Shown: positions 39,880 through 52,800 of the stretch, piece by piece
How the letters are laid out: each line of letters opens with the position of its first letter
How positions within the stretch are numbered: position 1 is the first letter of the stretch
Source of the DNA: Mobula hypostoma
Lineage: Eukaryota
Assembly: GCF_963921235.1 (NCBI RefSeq)
Contig: NC_086097.1
Location: 233,742,001 to 233,806,000 of the forward strand
DNA: 64,000 bases
Direction: 5' to 3'
The notes under the pieces: model-generated
What the model saw: only the letters and a program-made list of their open reading frames with translations
Database searches by the model: none
Told to the model about the DNA's origin: nothing
Translations under genes and position numbers: made by a program

Positions 39880-40210
39880 ATGACTATCACGCCCTCTGAT
39901 CCTCCCCTCCTTCCCTTTCTCCTGTGGTCCACTCTCCTCTCCTATTGGATTCCTTCTTCTCCAGCCCTTTACCTTGCCCTCCCAGCTGGCTTCACCTATT
40001 TCCTTCCAACTAGCCTCCCTTCTCTCCCCCCCACCACCTTTATATTCTAGTGTCTTCCCCCTTCCTTTTCCGTCCTGAAGAAGGGTCTTGGCCTGAAACA
40101 TCTGCTGTTTATTCACTTCCGTGGATGCAGCCTGACCTGCTGAGTTCCTCCAGTATTTAGTGTGTGTTGATGTGGGTTTCCAGCATCTCTAGTATCTGTT
40201 GTGTTTATAA
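39880..40210 (+). mobile_element. Penelope-like terminal-repeat fragment with degenerate hammerhead (40072-40106)
   Basis: GTC CTGAAGA AGGGTCTTGGCCT GAAAC ATC, followed by GATGCAGCCTGACCTGCTGAGTTCCTCCAG as in the other copies. Confidence 0.7.
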
Positions 40211-40504
40211 ATTGTAGCTTTTTGGGTTCATTAGCGGTACCAGATTAATTGTGAGACACCAGCAAGGAGACTGATTATCTCTTGCGCCAGGCATCAAGAA
40301 GATTCAGACTTAACGCTTAAAATTACAGGGACATTTGACTCTAACTGCTGAAACAAGAAACTGCCTCAGCATAGTGTACAAAAACACATTATTTTCAATA
40401 GTTTGAATGCTAATGGAAATGGTGGGTCTTGAAAGCCTTTAGCCACTCATAAAGAAAGATAAAAGCAGGGAGTCTGTTTTGTGGTTCATGCATATGTTGG
40501 TATT

Positions 40505-43070
40505 AGCTAAGGGCCCCAGCGATTTCTGCACTTGCCTCGCACAGGGTCCAAGGGTATACCATGTCAGGTCCCGGGGATTTATCCACCCCAATTTGTCCCA
40601 AGACAGCAAACACCTCCTCCTCTGTAATCTGTGTAGGTTGATGCTGCTTTGCTTCACTTCTGTACACTCTGTGTCTGTCTCCTGAGTAAATACAGATGAA
40701 AAAAAAAATAATTTTAAGACCTCCACCAGGAAAGGTGGGACCTGTACAGAAGAGACGGTTTGCACCTGAACTGGAAGGGGACAAATATGCTCACGGGAAG
40801 GTTTGCTCCCCTTATTGTGGCTCCGTATGTGGATGTCCATTCTGATCTTCCAGAGGACTAATTTTGTTATGTGTAATCCTTTTGCTCTTAAATTATCTGT
40901 AGAATCCCTTCAGATTCTCCTTCACCTTGTCTGCTAGGGTAACTTCATGCCTTCTTTTAGCCTTCCTGATTTCTTTCTTAAGTGCTCTCTAGCATTTCCT
41001 ATACTCTGTAAGAACCTTATTTGTTCCTATCTGCCTATACCTGTTATGCACCTCTTTTCTTCACTTAACTAGGGCCTCAATATCAAGCTAAGCTTCCTTC
41101 CACATGTTATCTTTACCTTTTCTTCTGATAGGCACATACGAGCTTTGTACTCTCAAAATTTCACTTTTGAAGGCCTCCCTCACACCAATTACACCTTTGC
41201 CAGAACAGCTTGTTTCCCTTCTGTCAACTGCCCCATCTCATTCTCTAGTAACAGGTCAAGTATCACACACTCTCCCATTGAGACTTGCATATACTGATTT
41301 AGGAAACTCGTCTGCACACATCTGACAAACTCTATCCCATCTACTTTTCTAATTTGGAAGTTTGAGTCAATATGTGGAAACTTAAAATCACCTACTATAA
41401 CAACCTTATATTTCTTGCAATAGGCTGCGATCTCTCTACAATTTTTTCCCTCTAAATCCCTCAAACTGTTGGTGTTCTGCAATATTGCCCCATTAACGTG
41501 GTCCTACCTTTCTTATTACTCAGTTCCACCCATTGCACCTTACTAGATGAGTTCTCCAGTCTGTCATGACTGAGCTGTGACATTTCCCCTGACTAGTATT
41601 GCCACACTCTCCCCCTTTAATCCCTCCTGCTCTGTTGTGCCTAAAACAACAGAACCCCAAAATATTGAGCTGCTAGTCCTGTGCCTTCTGCAACCAAGTC
41701 TCATTATTGGCTACAATATCATAATTCCAGGTGTTGCTTCACGCTGTGAGCTCAGCTGCCTCTGCTATCAAAATATACACAGCACAGCACTCTCGTAGCA
41801 CTATGCTCAACCTTTTGTTCCTTGAGTTTGTGTGAGGTCTTAACAACATCTGTCTGCACAACCTCTCCGCTAAGCGTTCTGGCAATCTGATTGCCACCTC
41901 CCTGCAACTGTAGTTTAATCTCCACCGTGCAGCACTAGCAAACCCTCCCACTAGAATATTTCTCCCCTTCCAGTTTAGGTGCAAACCATCTCTTCTGTAC
42001 AGGTCCCACCTTCCCTGGAAGAGAACCCAATGATCCAAAAATCTTATGCCCTCCCTCCTATACCAACTCCCTAGCCACATGTTCAACTGTATAATCTTCC
42101 TATTTCTGGCCTCACTTACACGTGGCATGGGTAGCAATCCTGAGATCAGAGTGCTGAAGGTCCTACACTTTAACTCAGCACCTAGCTCCCTGAACTCCCT
42201 TCGCAGAACTTTGTTACTCTTCCTACCGACATGGACCACAACTTTTGGCTGTTCATCCGCCCACTTAGGAATGCGATGGACTCAATCCAAGATGTCCTGG
42301 ACCCTGGCACCCAGGAGGCATCATACCATCTGGGAATCTCATTACTGTCCACAGGACCTCTGTTCTGTTTCCCTAACTAATGAATCTCCTATCACCACAG
42401 CTCACCTCTCTCCCCCTTTCCTTCTGAGTTGCAGAACCAGACTCAGTGACTGCTGAGACTTTCCCCTGCTAGGTTATCCCCCGCCCCCCCCCCCCAACAG
42501 TATCCAAAGTGGTGTACCTGTTGTTGAGTGAGATGGCCACAGGTATACTCTGCACTGGCTCCTTAGCCCCTTTCCCCTTCCTGAGTGTCACCCAATTTCC
42601 TGTGTCTTGCACCTTGCGTGTAACTACCTCTCTATATGTCCTATCTATCAGATCCTCATTCCGAAATTATCTGGAGTTCATCCAGTTCCATCTCCAACTT
42701 CTTAAGCAGAATGTTAGAAGATGCAGCTGGATACATTTCTTGCAGTTGTAGTCATCAGAGACATTGGAGATCTCCCTGCTTTCCCACATCCTGCAAGAGG
42801 AGCGTTCCATCTCCACCATTCTAACTGAACAAATATAAAGAATGAAGAGTAATAAGCTGTGTGGTAATAAAAACTCAACCAACAGCTTTTTTGCCTTCTC
42901 TCCCTCAAGCCTCTCCTCACTGAAGCCTCAAAGAGCTAAAGCCAGAAACTCCCCACTCTAACTCTGATCACTCTGACAATGGCCACTCCGCTTGCCCCTG
43001 CCCTACTTTAATTTGTTCTTGTGAATCAATCCCAAATGCTAATTGGCCCCTGCTGAAAAAACCATGAGTC
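40505..43070 (-). mobile_element. CR1 LINE 5' half: ORF1 (zinc finger and SGNH esterase) and endonuclease, decayed
   Basis: SSC.MWE.RE...DDYNCKKCIQL (ORF1 zinc finger); ISGLLP...FLDHW..F.GRWDLYRRDGLHLN (esterase); VVIVGDF.FP.ID; VDKSPGPD..YP.TL. Confidence 0.85.
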
Positions 43071-43954
43071 GCTGCCCTTACTACTGAATCGACAAACCTG
43101 AGCGAGTTACATCTTCTCACAGTTTCGATCACCGATTTGCCGCTGCTCAAGCAGTATATTGATCACGGACGTTTTCTTGGACAGATTTCATAAATTCTAA
43201 TCCATCCAAGTATTTTATGCTATGGTTGACCCAGTCCATATTAGGAAAGGTTAAATCTCCTCTATGTATGTTTGCAACTACATTCTCTTTACATATCTGT
43301 TCCTCCAATTCCCACTAGCCTTTGAGGGGCTTTTATTACAATCCCAGCGGAGTGACCATCTGCTTTCCATTTCTAAGTTCTATCCATATGGTCTCACTGG
43401 ACGGTCCCCAAAAATATCCTCTCTGTGGACCATTGTTATGCTGTTCCCTCCTCTCTTACCTGTACCTCTACCATGCCTGTAGCATCCATATGCTGGAACA
43501 CTGAGCTGTCAGCCTTATTCTTCCTTCAGCCATGTTTCTGCTAATGCTATGATATCCAAGATTCCAAAGCCGTTCCATACTGTGAATTCATCTGCCTTCC
43601 ATGTTAAGCTCTCTGCAATTAAATAAATACAGTTTAAATCAATGATCTTTCCTTCCCTTTTCTGCACTCCTATCCATCATGATGATTAAATTTGTTCTCA
43701 TTGGCTATAGCTTTATCTCTTGGTTTCTCACCAGCTATTCTACCAAATAAAATTATCTTTGTTGTATGTTGCACTTAGCCATCTTTATCCTTACAAATTT
43801 ATCCTTTATAATTTATCCTTACAAATAATAGATAATTAATATGGGGGTGGGGGGAGAGGTCCCATGTGATCATCAATAACATGTTCTTTAAGCACTTACG
43901 TGCATAATGTTTAACTTGATTTAATGTGTCCCTCTAAATGTGGTCAATCTCCAT

Positions 43955-44340
43955 AGTATGTCCTTTGGGTAACGGGGTGGAGATGCATCTCCACCAAAGG
44001 GGATGTAAAGTGCTTCTTCCCTCCATTCACCTGCAGTTCACCCTTGGGTAAGATGTAGCCCCCACAGTGCCATGGCTCACGTGAAACCATGGGAGCAGGT
44101 GGTGGATGGTCGTATGAGCAGCTGGTGCATATCACCAGTCCTGGTTATGTGACCGCTGATGCCAGGCAGATAATCTCTGCAGAATATTGATAATGACTGG
44201 GGTAATCTGCCTTGCGCAGACACAGCCCAGAAGAAGGCAATGGCAAGCCACTTCTGTAGAAAAATTTGCCAAGAACAATCATGGTCGTGGGTAAGACCAC
44301 AATTGCGCACATCAATACAACACGGCACATAATGATGGTG
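43955..44340 (+). mobile_element. RTE-related bipartite non-autonomous element
   Basis: Contains GAAGAAGGCAATGGCAAGCCACTTCTG (BovB/RTE 5' motif family) and a 3' end ACAACACGGCACATAATGATG. Confidence 0.6.
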
Positions 44341-44682
44341 AAGATTAGTATGCTGTTGATATCTACTATAGAAGTCTAACTTAAAATTGAAATGAGTTTA
44401 ATTCTTTAAAGTAAAACATTCGCTGCTTCAGAAAAGCAGCCAGAATAATCAATAACCCCTCCCATGCTGTATATTCTGTTTCTCCACCCTTCCATTGGAT
44501 AGAAATTATCAGTTTGAAAACATACAGCGCTAAACTCAAGGACAGCTTCAATCCCTCTCTTAAAGGACTCTTGAATGAACTTCTTGTATATTAAAGATGA
44601 ACTCTTCACTTCACAATCTGTCTCAACAAGGCCATTGCATCATATTGTCCAGCTAAGTGGACACATTTTCTGTAAACTTAAT

Positions 44683-45020
44683 GCAAAATTATGAGGCGTA
44701 TAGATAGGGTAAATGCAAGCAGACTTTTTCCACAGAGATAGGGTGGGACTACAACCTCATGGGTTAAGGGTGTAAGGTGAAAAGTTTAAAGGGAGCACGA
44801 GGAGAAACTTTTTCACTCAGAGGGTCGTGAGAGTGCAGAACGAGCTGTCAGCACAAGTGGTGCATGTGAACTCGATCTCAATGTTTCAGAGAAGTTTTGG
44901 ATCAGTACATGGATGTTAGGGGTATGGAGGGTCAGTGTCCCGGGAGTAGGCAGTTAAGATGCCTCAGCACAGACTAGATGGGCCAAAGAGCCTGTTTCTC
45001 CGCTGTACTTTTCTATGACT
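44683..45020 (+). mobile_element. CR1 3' fragment
   Basis: AAAATTATGAGG..ATAGATAGGGTAAATGCAAGCAG...TTCACTCAGAGGGTCGTGAGAG...GGGCCAAAGAGCCTGTTTC. Confidence 0.8.
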
Positions 45021-45047
45021 CTGCAGTCTGTGTTCTGTTAGTACAGA

Positions 45048-45352
45048 GGCAGCATGTACCATAGCAGTTAGCACTTTACAGCACGCCTGCTGTACGATTG
45101 GGGTGAGGGTCACGCCAATGTCTACAAGGAGTTTGTATGTTCTCCCCATGACCACGTGGGTTTCTTCCAGGTGCTCTGGATCTCCTCTCACGTTCCAAAC
45201 ATGTACAGGTTAGAGTTAGTGAGTTGTGGGCACTAGAAACGTGGAGACACTTTCAGCCTGCCCAGCACAATCCACACTGATTTAATTTAATACAAATTGT
45301 GTATTTCACTATTATGCTTTGATGTACATGTGACAAACAAGGCTAAAGCTAA
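45048..45352 (+). mobile_element. V-domain SINE with Rex-like tail
   Basis: GGAGTTTGTATGTTCTCCCCATGACCACGTGGGTTTCTTCCAGGTGCTCTGG (V-domain); tail shared with ~11055-11220. Confidence 0.7.
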
Positions 45353-46020
45353 TCCTTTCTCTTGTAGGACCTAAATGTGCTTATGTTTTGCAATGATCTA
45401 TATGTTTTCAATGTATCTCGGTACATGTGACAATAATAAACCAATGCCAACACTGCTACTAATGAGGGGTCTCCTAAGTGCCGTGTAAATAATGAGCTGA
45501 GTATATGACTGTTTTTGTAATTTACTCCTCTTAAGCAAGTGGTGAGAGTAATTTGTTTACATGGTCTTCAGATCATTATTTTATTTATAAAATTATGCCA
45601 AAGTGTTCTGGGGGTTTGACAGAATAGTTTAATAACTGAGCTGGAAGAAGATAATTAATCCTTGTATGTCCTGTCCAGGGAAGATGAGTATGCGAAGTAG
45701 ATGATTGTTTGTCTGCAGAAGCTGCTTTGCATGCATTTACACTGATGTTCCATTGCTCATTCTTGCTTGGAAGTTCTGAATTCCGACATCAGAGGAGATT
45801 CCCAAGGATCACTGATTAAGGAATTGGAACGACACTTCAACTGAGATCCAATACTACTTGTAGACTGGCAGAAAATTAATTTGAAGTGTGGCTGGATTGT
45901 TCAGCTGTCCATTTCCTCACTTGCAATATTATTTCATGGTGTCTCCCTGGGAAAATCAATTCACTCTCTGAACCTAAGGAAATGGATGACTGAAAATACA
46001 GTCAGTCGCTTTTTTACTAG

Positions 46021-46627
46021 AGTAAGGGGTTTCTTTTTCATGTTACTTGCTAAGGTTAATAATGAAATAGCTTCTCTGTAATGTAAACTGATGAGGTAAT
46101 GCCCTGTAGCAGTGTGTTTGGGCTATAATTAGTGATAACGGGACTTGTATTCATTTGCTAACCAATTGGGATAGACGCTATTCTTTCTGTCTGTGTGAAA
46201 GCTATTAATTTGCGCGGGCTTGGGGGAGAAGGCGCGAAGAGTATGAAGAAAGGAGATGTGGCTTGAGGAGACGGTTGCTGGACCCGCTGGGCCTGGGCTC
46301 GGGGCAGGAGCCCATGGGTCGACGATGAGCGAAGGAGGATCAGCGAAAGGGAATCTGTGAGCTCCAACGTTTGTGCACTGGACACGTTTATGAGATTATT
46401 GGCACCTTTTATTTGTTTTCCTTTTCTTTTGTTTCTCTACTAACCCCATACTTAAATATAAAATCTTAATTGTTTAATCTCACATTGTGGACTGAACGTT
46501 ATTTCGGGGTACTGATGTTACACAGGGAACACAACACGCAGCATCCACCCAAACAAGAATGCTAAAGTTTGGCCGGGTAGGAGGCACCACCCCCGAGATC
46601 ATGCCACTAGGCAAAGTGAGTCTTACA
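46021..46627 (+). repeat. Solo LTR related to 47344-47962, in opposite orientation
   Basis: (A)GTAAG...CTTACA termini with CTAG on both flanks. Shares GTGAGCTCCAACG and CACGCAGCATCCAC.CAAAC with the reverse complement of the 47344 LTR. Confidence 0.6.
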
Positions 46628-46629
46628 CT

Positions 46630-47169
46630 AGGTACCCACTTTATTAGGTCACTGAGTGTACATATTCGTCCTCTGCTGCTGTAGCACATCCACTGCAAAG
46701 TTTGAAGTGTTGTGCATCCAGAAATGCTCTTCTGCACACTGCTTTTGAAACCTCTGATTATTTGAGTTACTGTCTCCTTCCTGTCAGCTTCAAGCATCTG
46801 GCTGTTCTCTTCTGGCGTCTCTTACCAACAAGGAATTTTTGGCCTCAGAGCTGTGGCTTACCAGGTATTTTTTTTTGTTTTTCACACCATTCTCTCTAAT
46901 CTCTAGAGACTGTTGTATGGTAAAATCCCAGGAAATCAGCAGTTTCTGAGATACTCAAAGCGGCCCTTCTCACCAATAATCATTCCACGGTCAAAGTCAC
47001 TTAGACCGCATTTCTTCTCCTTTCTGATGTTTGCTCTGAACTAAACCTCTTGACTATGTCTGCATGTTTTTTTTATAATGCAGAGTTGCTGCCAAGTGAT
47101 TGGCTGATTAGATATTTTCATTAACAAGCAAATATACAGGTGTACTTAATAAAGTGGCAACTGAGCATA
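46630..47169 (-). mobile_element. Tc1-derived non-autonomous element (same family as 38388-38902)
   Basis: CACTTTATTAGG left end and TAATAAAGTGGCAACTGAG right end; internal homology to the 38388 and 57833 copies. Confidence 0.85.
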
Positions 47170-47343
47170 TATATTATGCTTGGACATAAAGATATCAGAA
47201 ACTTGCTCACCACCAAATGGAACTACAGGGGTGTCAAGCCAATAAATATGGACAAGACAAACACTCCTGTACCCTAATGCATTTAGACATTGGAAGCTGG
47301 GAAGGACACCTTCCTGGGAGACAATGACTCCTGAGTTACTGAG

Positions 47344-47962
47344 TGTAACCCTCGGGCTTGGCCAGCAAAGTTTTTGTCTAGGAGAAAACAACTTCTGGAC
47401 CTGCCAAACTGAGAAATCGTGTTTGTGTGGATGCTGCGTGATGTGTTGCCCGGTTACAAAAACTACACCGCAAAATATCAAACAGTGCACAATATGCAAT
47501 TAAATGATTGAACTTTATAAATCTTAATCTGAATAAAGGGTAGTAAAGAAAATAAAAAGGAAAAGGGCCCATTTTAAGGAAAATGTCTATTACGCATCGT
47601 TGGAGCTCACTGACACGACTGTTCATCAACTATCGACCTCCTTCGAGCGTCACCAACCTCCAAGCATAGCCAGCCCTCGGACCCTCACTCCTCAGTCCAC
47701 TCTGTCTGGTGGTCTTCTGACTCTCTCCATTCGCCTACTCTCTCTCCATCGCTCCCCGACGAAAGACCGCAGAAAACCTGGCTTCCAGACACACAAGAAA
47801 AAACAACATTTCCTCGTTGGCTGACCTCTGCATTCCAAAGCTCCATTATCTCTAGCCATAGCTCAAACATTGCTGCTACAGAGAAACCATTTCCTTAGCA
47901 GTGAAACATTACATAGAAGCCATTACATTAGCCTTAGCAGTGAAACCTTACAGCGTGTTACA
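47344..47962 (-). repeat. Solo LTR (619 bp) with perfect 5-bp TSD
   Basis: TGTAAC...GTTACA perfect inverted termini; CTGAG at 47339-47343 and 47963-47967. Confidence 0.85.
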
Positions 47963-48586
47963 CTGAGTTTCAGTTACTTAAAATGTCTGAAGTACATCAA
48001 GATATCTGGAATAAAAAGATACAAACTTATTAAGAGTACAATGCTGTTGAGATATTTTTTCTTTACTATGGTCTCTAAATTTAGTAAGACCATTTCTGCC
48101 ATCATTATATGCTCTCTTGTTTCCTGTCTAGCCAAGCTTGTTAGAACAAATTCTCCCGATATTTCTTGAGTTAATTCACTTCAAAGTCCATTTAGCTAGT
48201 GAGCAGCAGAGCAGTTCTGTACCCAACATGGGAGTTATTCTTTCTGGACATTTAGAAATCTGGACGGCACCATTTAAGAGGAATAGGAATAGTGGAACAT
48301 TGCATCAGCAAGTAAGAACAAAAGTACGAATGTAGAAGTCTTTTAACACACTGAATTGATCTTCGCTGTATTTTAAAAAAGTCTAGAGATATTCTTGTAA
48401 TAAAAAAAGCAGACCACCATATACAGCGGCCATCGGAGAGGGCTGGTGCGGCTGACTTGAAGTGGATGGGCCGGCCGGGCTGTTTGCTGGTTTTGCTTGA
48501 TGCATGAATGTGGTTTGGAACCTGTTGAGGGAAAGAGAGTGGGGAAGGAACGGAAATTGTTGGGAGGGGGTCGTGTGGGTCCGGTA

Positions 48587-49816
48587 ATGGCGGACAAGAT
48601 AAGGGGGGGGGGTTGAGGGAAAGAAAGTGGAGAAGGAGAGGGATAAGGACTTGGGTTCAGAGGTAGGCAGCTGGGGAGAGGTGGATTATTGTGAAGGGAG
48701 AAATAAAGGGAATGAGAAGGTAGTGAGGGGTCGGATGAATAATAACCAAGACAAAGGGAATAAAAGAATACGAAATGATAGTGGAGAAAGCTCTGAAAGT
48801 GAGGAAGATGAACAAGCTCAGAGAGGAGGTGTTGTCATAATTAGGTTTAATGAGAAGGCTCAGGGACATATGAAGAAAATTAACCCGTTTGTGCTAACAA
48901 CAACTCTGGCAAATAAGATAGGGGAAATAGTATTTGCAAAAGTCCTTAATGATGGCAACTTATTGGTAAGATGTGCAAATGAGGAACAACTTGACAAAGC
49001 ACTCAAGCTAAAAGAGATAGGAAAATGCAAGGTGGAATACACTGGGAGGGTGGGAGCACAAAATAGTGGTTGTAAAGGAGTGATCACGGGAATACCAATG
49101 AGTATAAATATGGAGGAGTTAAAGAGGAATATCAAAGGAGGGAAAGTAATGAATGTTCAAAGACTGAAAACAACAAAGGAGGGAGTGAAAAAGGAAAGTG
49201 AATCAGTATTGATTGAATTTGAAGAAGAAAGAGTGCCAAGGAAGGTGTTCCTGGGTTTCATGAGTTACCCAGTAAGGGTGTATGTGCCAAAGCCACTGAG
49301 GTGCTATAATTGTCAAAGGATGGACACGTGGCTAAAAACTGTAAAAGGCAGAGGAGATGTGCTAGATGTGGGGGTGATCATGAATATGGAAAGTGTGGAA
49401 CAGGAGTTCAAACAAAATGCTGCAATTGTGGAGGAGCTCATAATGTTGCCTATAGTGGGTGTGAGGTTGTGAGACGGGAGACTAAAATTCAGGAAATAAG
49501 AGTGAAAAGAAAGATCACTTATGCAGAAGCTGTAAGAATGTCAAGAGAACAGAATAATGCTCCTAATGAACAGGGAGCAATAGGGATACGAGAGATGCAA
49601 CAAACAAATGACAGGATTTATGTAGACAGAGAGGCTCTAGTAACATTCATTGCACGAGTGATTAATAGTACGGCTGAGGTAAAGTCAAAAAGTGACAAAA
49701 TTCAGCTGGTGGTAAAAGCAGCAGTAAATCATTTAGGGTAAGTAGGACTGACATGGGAGGAAGTGAGGGAGAACCTCGCTAATCAGTCAAGCCAGGAAGT
49801 GTCATGTGTTGGTTAA
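48587..49816 (+). pseudogene. ORF1 gag-like nucleic-acid-binding protein with three CCHC zinc knuckles (disrupted)
   Basis: ATG at 48587 is in frame if the G10 run is G9. VYVPKPLRCYNCQR.GHVAKNC / CARCGGDHEYGKC / CCNCGGAHNVAYSGC. Frameshift near 49320 and premature TAA at 49739. Confidence 0.88.
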
Positions 49817-49824
49817 TACTAATT

Positions 49825-52800
49825 ATGGTGATTCTTTTACAATGGAATGCAAGGAGCTTACTGGTCAATAGCCAGGAATTCAAGCACTTTATTAAAGAAA
49901 TGGTTGTAAAACCGGATGTAGTGTGTATTCAGGAAACTTGGTTGAAACCAACTTTAGACTTTGTGGTATATGGGTATACAATGATAAGGAAAGATAGAAA
50001 TCTAGGGGGAGGAGGGGGTTGTGCTATGTTAATCAAGCAAGGTATACCATATAGTGTACTGGAGAAAGGAGATGATCAGGAATACATAGTGGTGGAAGTG
50101 TGGGAGAGAGGGGAGGAAGTGGTTATAATTAACTATTACAATCCATGTAAAAGGTTGGAATTGGACAGCCTATTAAAGATACAAGGACAAAACAGACATA
50201 AAGTAGTGTGGTGTGCAGATTTCAATGCTCATAGCACAATATGGGGGGATCAGATTACAGATCCAAATGGAAAGGTAATTGAAGATTTGATGGAAGAAAG
50301 GGATTTGGTGTGTACGAATGATGGTAGAAGCACAAGGATAGACATAACAACAGGAACTGAGTCAGTGTTAGATATTACATTAGTGTCTAATACCTTGGCT
50401 GGCATTAGTAACTGGGGAGTTTGGACTGCTTCAACAGTAGGCAGTGATCACTACCCAGTTTTATGTTCACTGGGTGAAAGAGTTGAAGTAAGACCAGGTG
50501 GCGGAACCCCAAAGTGGGTGTTTGGAAAAGCAGATTGGGGTAAGTTCCAGAAGTTGAGTGAAGAAGGGTTGACAAAGATTGATATTTCTGGAAATGTAGA
50601 TGAATTAAACAGTCAGGTGACTTCAGCAATTATCATGGCAGCAGGAGGATCTATACCTCAGAGTAAAAATAGGATGAATAGAAAACTGGTGCCATGGTGG
50701 ACAGAGGAATGTTGTCAGGCTGTAAAAAACAGAAATAGAGCATTCAGGCTAGTTAAAAGAACCCATAATATGCAGTATTTGGTTCAATATAAGAAAGCAC
50801 AGGCAGTGGTGAGAAGAACTATACGTCAAGCTAAAAAGGGCAAGTTGGAACAGTTTTTGCGACAAGATAGGAAGAACAACATCTGTGGGAGAGATATGGG
50901 GAATGATTAAGAGGATGGGAGAAGATAGAAGGGAATGGGAATATCCAGTAATGGTATCTGAGGAGGAAACTGCAGTCTCTAGTAAGGATAAAGCTGAGAT
51001 CATGGCCAAGTCATTTGTACTGATACACAGTTCAGAAAATTTGTCTGAAGAAGGGAGAAGGAGAAGGGAAAGAATAATGAGCCAACACCCAGGTGTGTTA
51101 AACAGGAGGGAAGGGACGGATGATATAATTGATGATCCATTTACATTAGCAGAAATGGTGAGAGCAATAAAGAGATCGATACCAACCTCCCCAGGGAAAG
51201 ATCTGATATGCTATATTATGCTAAAAAATCTAGGAGAAGGAGCGCTCTTGAAGTTGCTGCATTTTTATAACAGAGTGTGGGAGGAGGGAAGATTACCAAG
51301 TGCATGGAAAGAAGCAGTAGTAATTCCAATAAGGAAGCCTGGCAAGGATCCGTCAAAACCCACTAGCTACAGACCAATTGCATTAACATCAAGTATATGT
51401 AAGATAATGGAAAGGATGATAACAGAAAGGTTATCGTATGAGCTTGAGAAAAGGGGAATGCTGGCAAGTTATCAGAGTGGTTTTAGAAAGGGAAGGAATT
51501 CCATGGACTCAGTGATTATGTTAGAGACTGAAATAAGGAAGGCCCGGGCAAATAGAGAGTCAGTAGTGGCTGTGTTCTTTGACATTGAAAAAGCCTATGA
51601 TATGATGTGGAAGGAAGGATTATTAATTAAACTGCACAAGATGGGGATTGGTGGGAGAGTTTTTAATTGGATTAAAGATTTTTTGTTTGGTAGAAAAATT
51701 CAAGTTCGGATTGGATCAGAATTATCAAAACAGTACATAGTGGAAAATGGCACACCTCAAGGTAGTGTGATTAGCCCGTTACTTTTCATCATTATGATCA
51801 ATGATGTCTTCACAAAGGTACCAGTGGGTATAGGTTGGTCACTGTTTGTGGATGATGGGGCCTTGTGGAAAAGAGGCAGGAACGTGGACCATATAATCAA
51901 GAAACTACAAGAAGCAATTGATGAAGTGGTGGAGTGGGGTTATGATTGGGGATGTAGATTTTCAGTAGATAAAACTCAAACTGTATTTTTTACCAGGAAA
52001 AGAGTTGAGGTAGGGAAGAAGTTAAGGATGTATGGGGTTGAATTAGAAAGGGTTGCATCATTTAAATTTCTGGGAGTTATATTTGATGTGCGATTAACAT
52101 AGGCAGACCATATCAGGGAAGTTGAGGAGAAATGTAAAAAGTAATAAATGTGATGAGATGTTTGACTGGTAGGGAATGGGGAGCAAGTTGTTCAGCTTTG
52201 AAGAGAATGTATGTGGCTTTAGTGAGATCTGTGTTGGACTATGGAAATATAGCATATGGATCAGCAGCTAGGTCTCTTATAAGGAAACTGGATGTGATTC
52301 AGGGTCAGGCCTTGAGAGTGTGCAGTGGGGCTTTTAAAACGTCACCAGTGTCAGCCCTACAGGTAGAAATGGGAATAATGCCTTTGGAACTAAGAAGGAT
52401 GCAACTGATGGCAAACTACTGGGCTAACTTGCAGGGGCACAATGATTCTCACCCTGCTAAAGGAGTGTTGCAGGAGTGCTGGGAAAATGGGAGGTTTCAG
52501 AGGGATACCTTTAGTGGGGTAGGAAATGATATCGCGAAAGAATGTGGAGTACTTGATCTGAGGATAAGCCCTTCAGTAGTTTATCCGGTTGTAGCTCCAT
52601 GGAAGCTTGTATGGCCTGACATAGACTGGCATTTGTTAGAGGTAAAAAGGAAAGAAAGATATAAAACAGATTTGGTAAATGCATTTAAGTGTCATGTGAT
52701 GGAAAAGTATAATGATTATACTCACATTTATACGGATGGTGCGAAGGAACCTGCAACAGGAGTGACAGGGTTTGGGGTGGTAATACCAGCAAAAGAAATT

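Noticed and set aside
46055..46135. CTGATGA, GAAA and AUA pieces in a solo LTR suggesting a second permuted hammerhead
   Set aside because: Stems I and II pair poorly, and the related LTR (47344-47962) has CTGCTAAGG at the equivalent position, so the core is not conserved.
48420..48485. GC-rich 5' end of the Nimb-like element examined for an HDV-like ribozyme
   Set aside because: Only an imperfect hairpin (GGCCATC/GATGGGCC) is seen; the double-pseudoknot elements could not be assigned.
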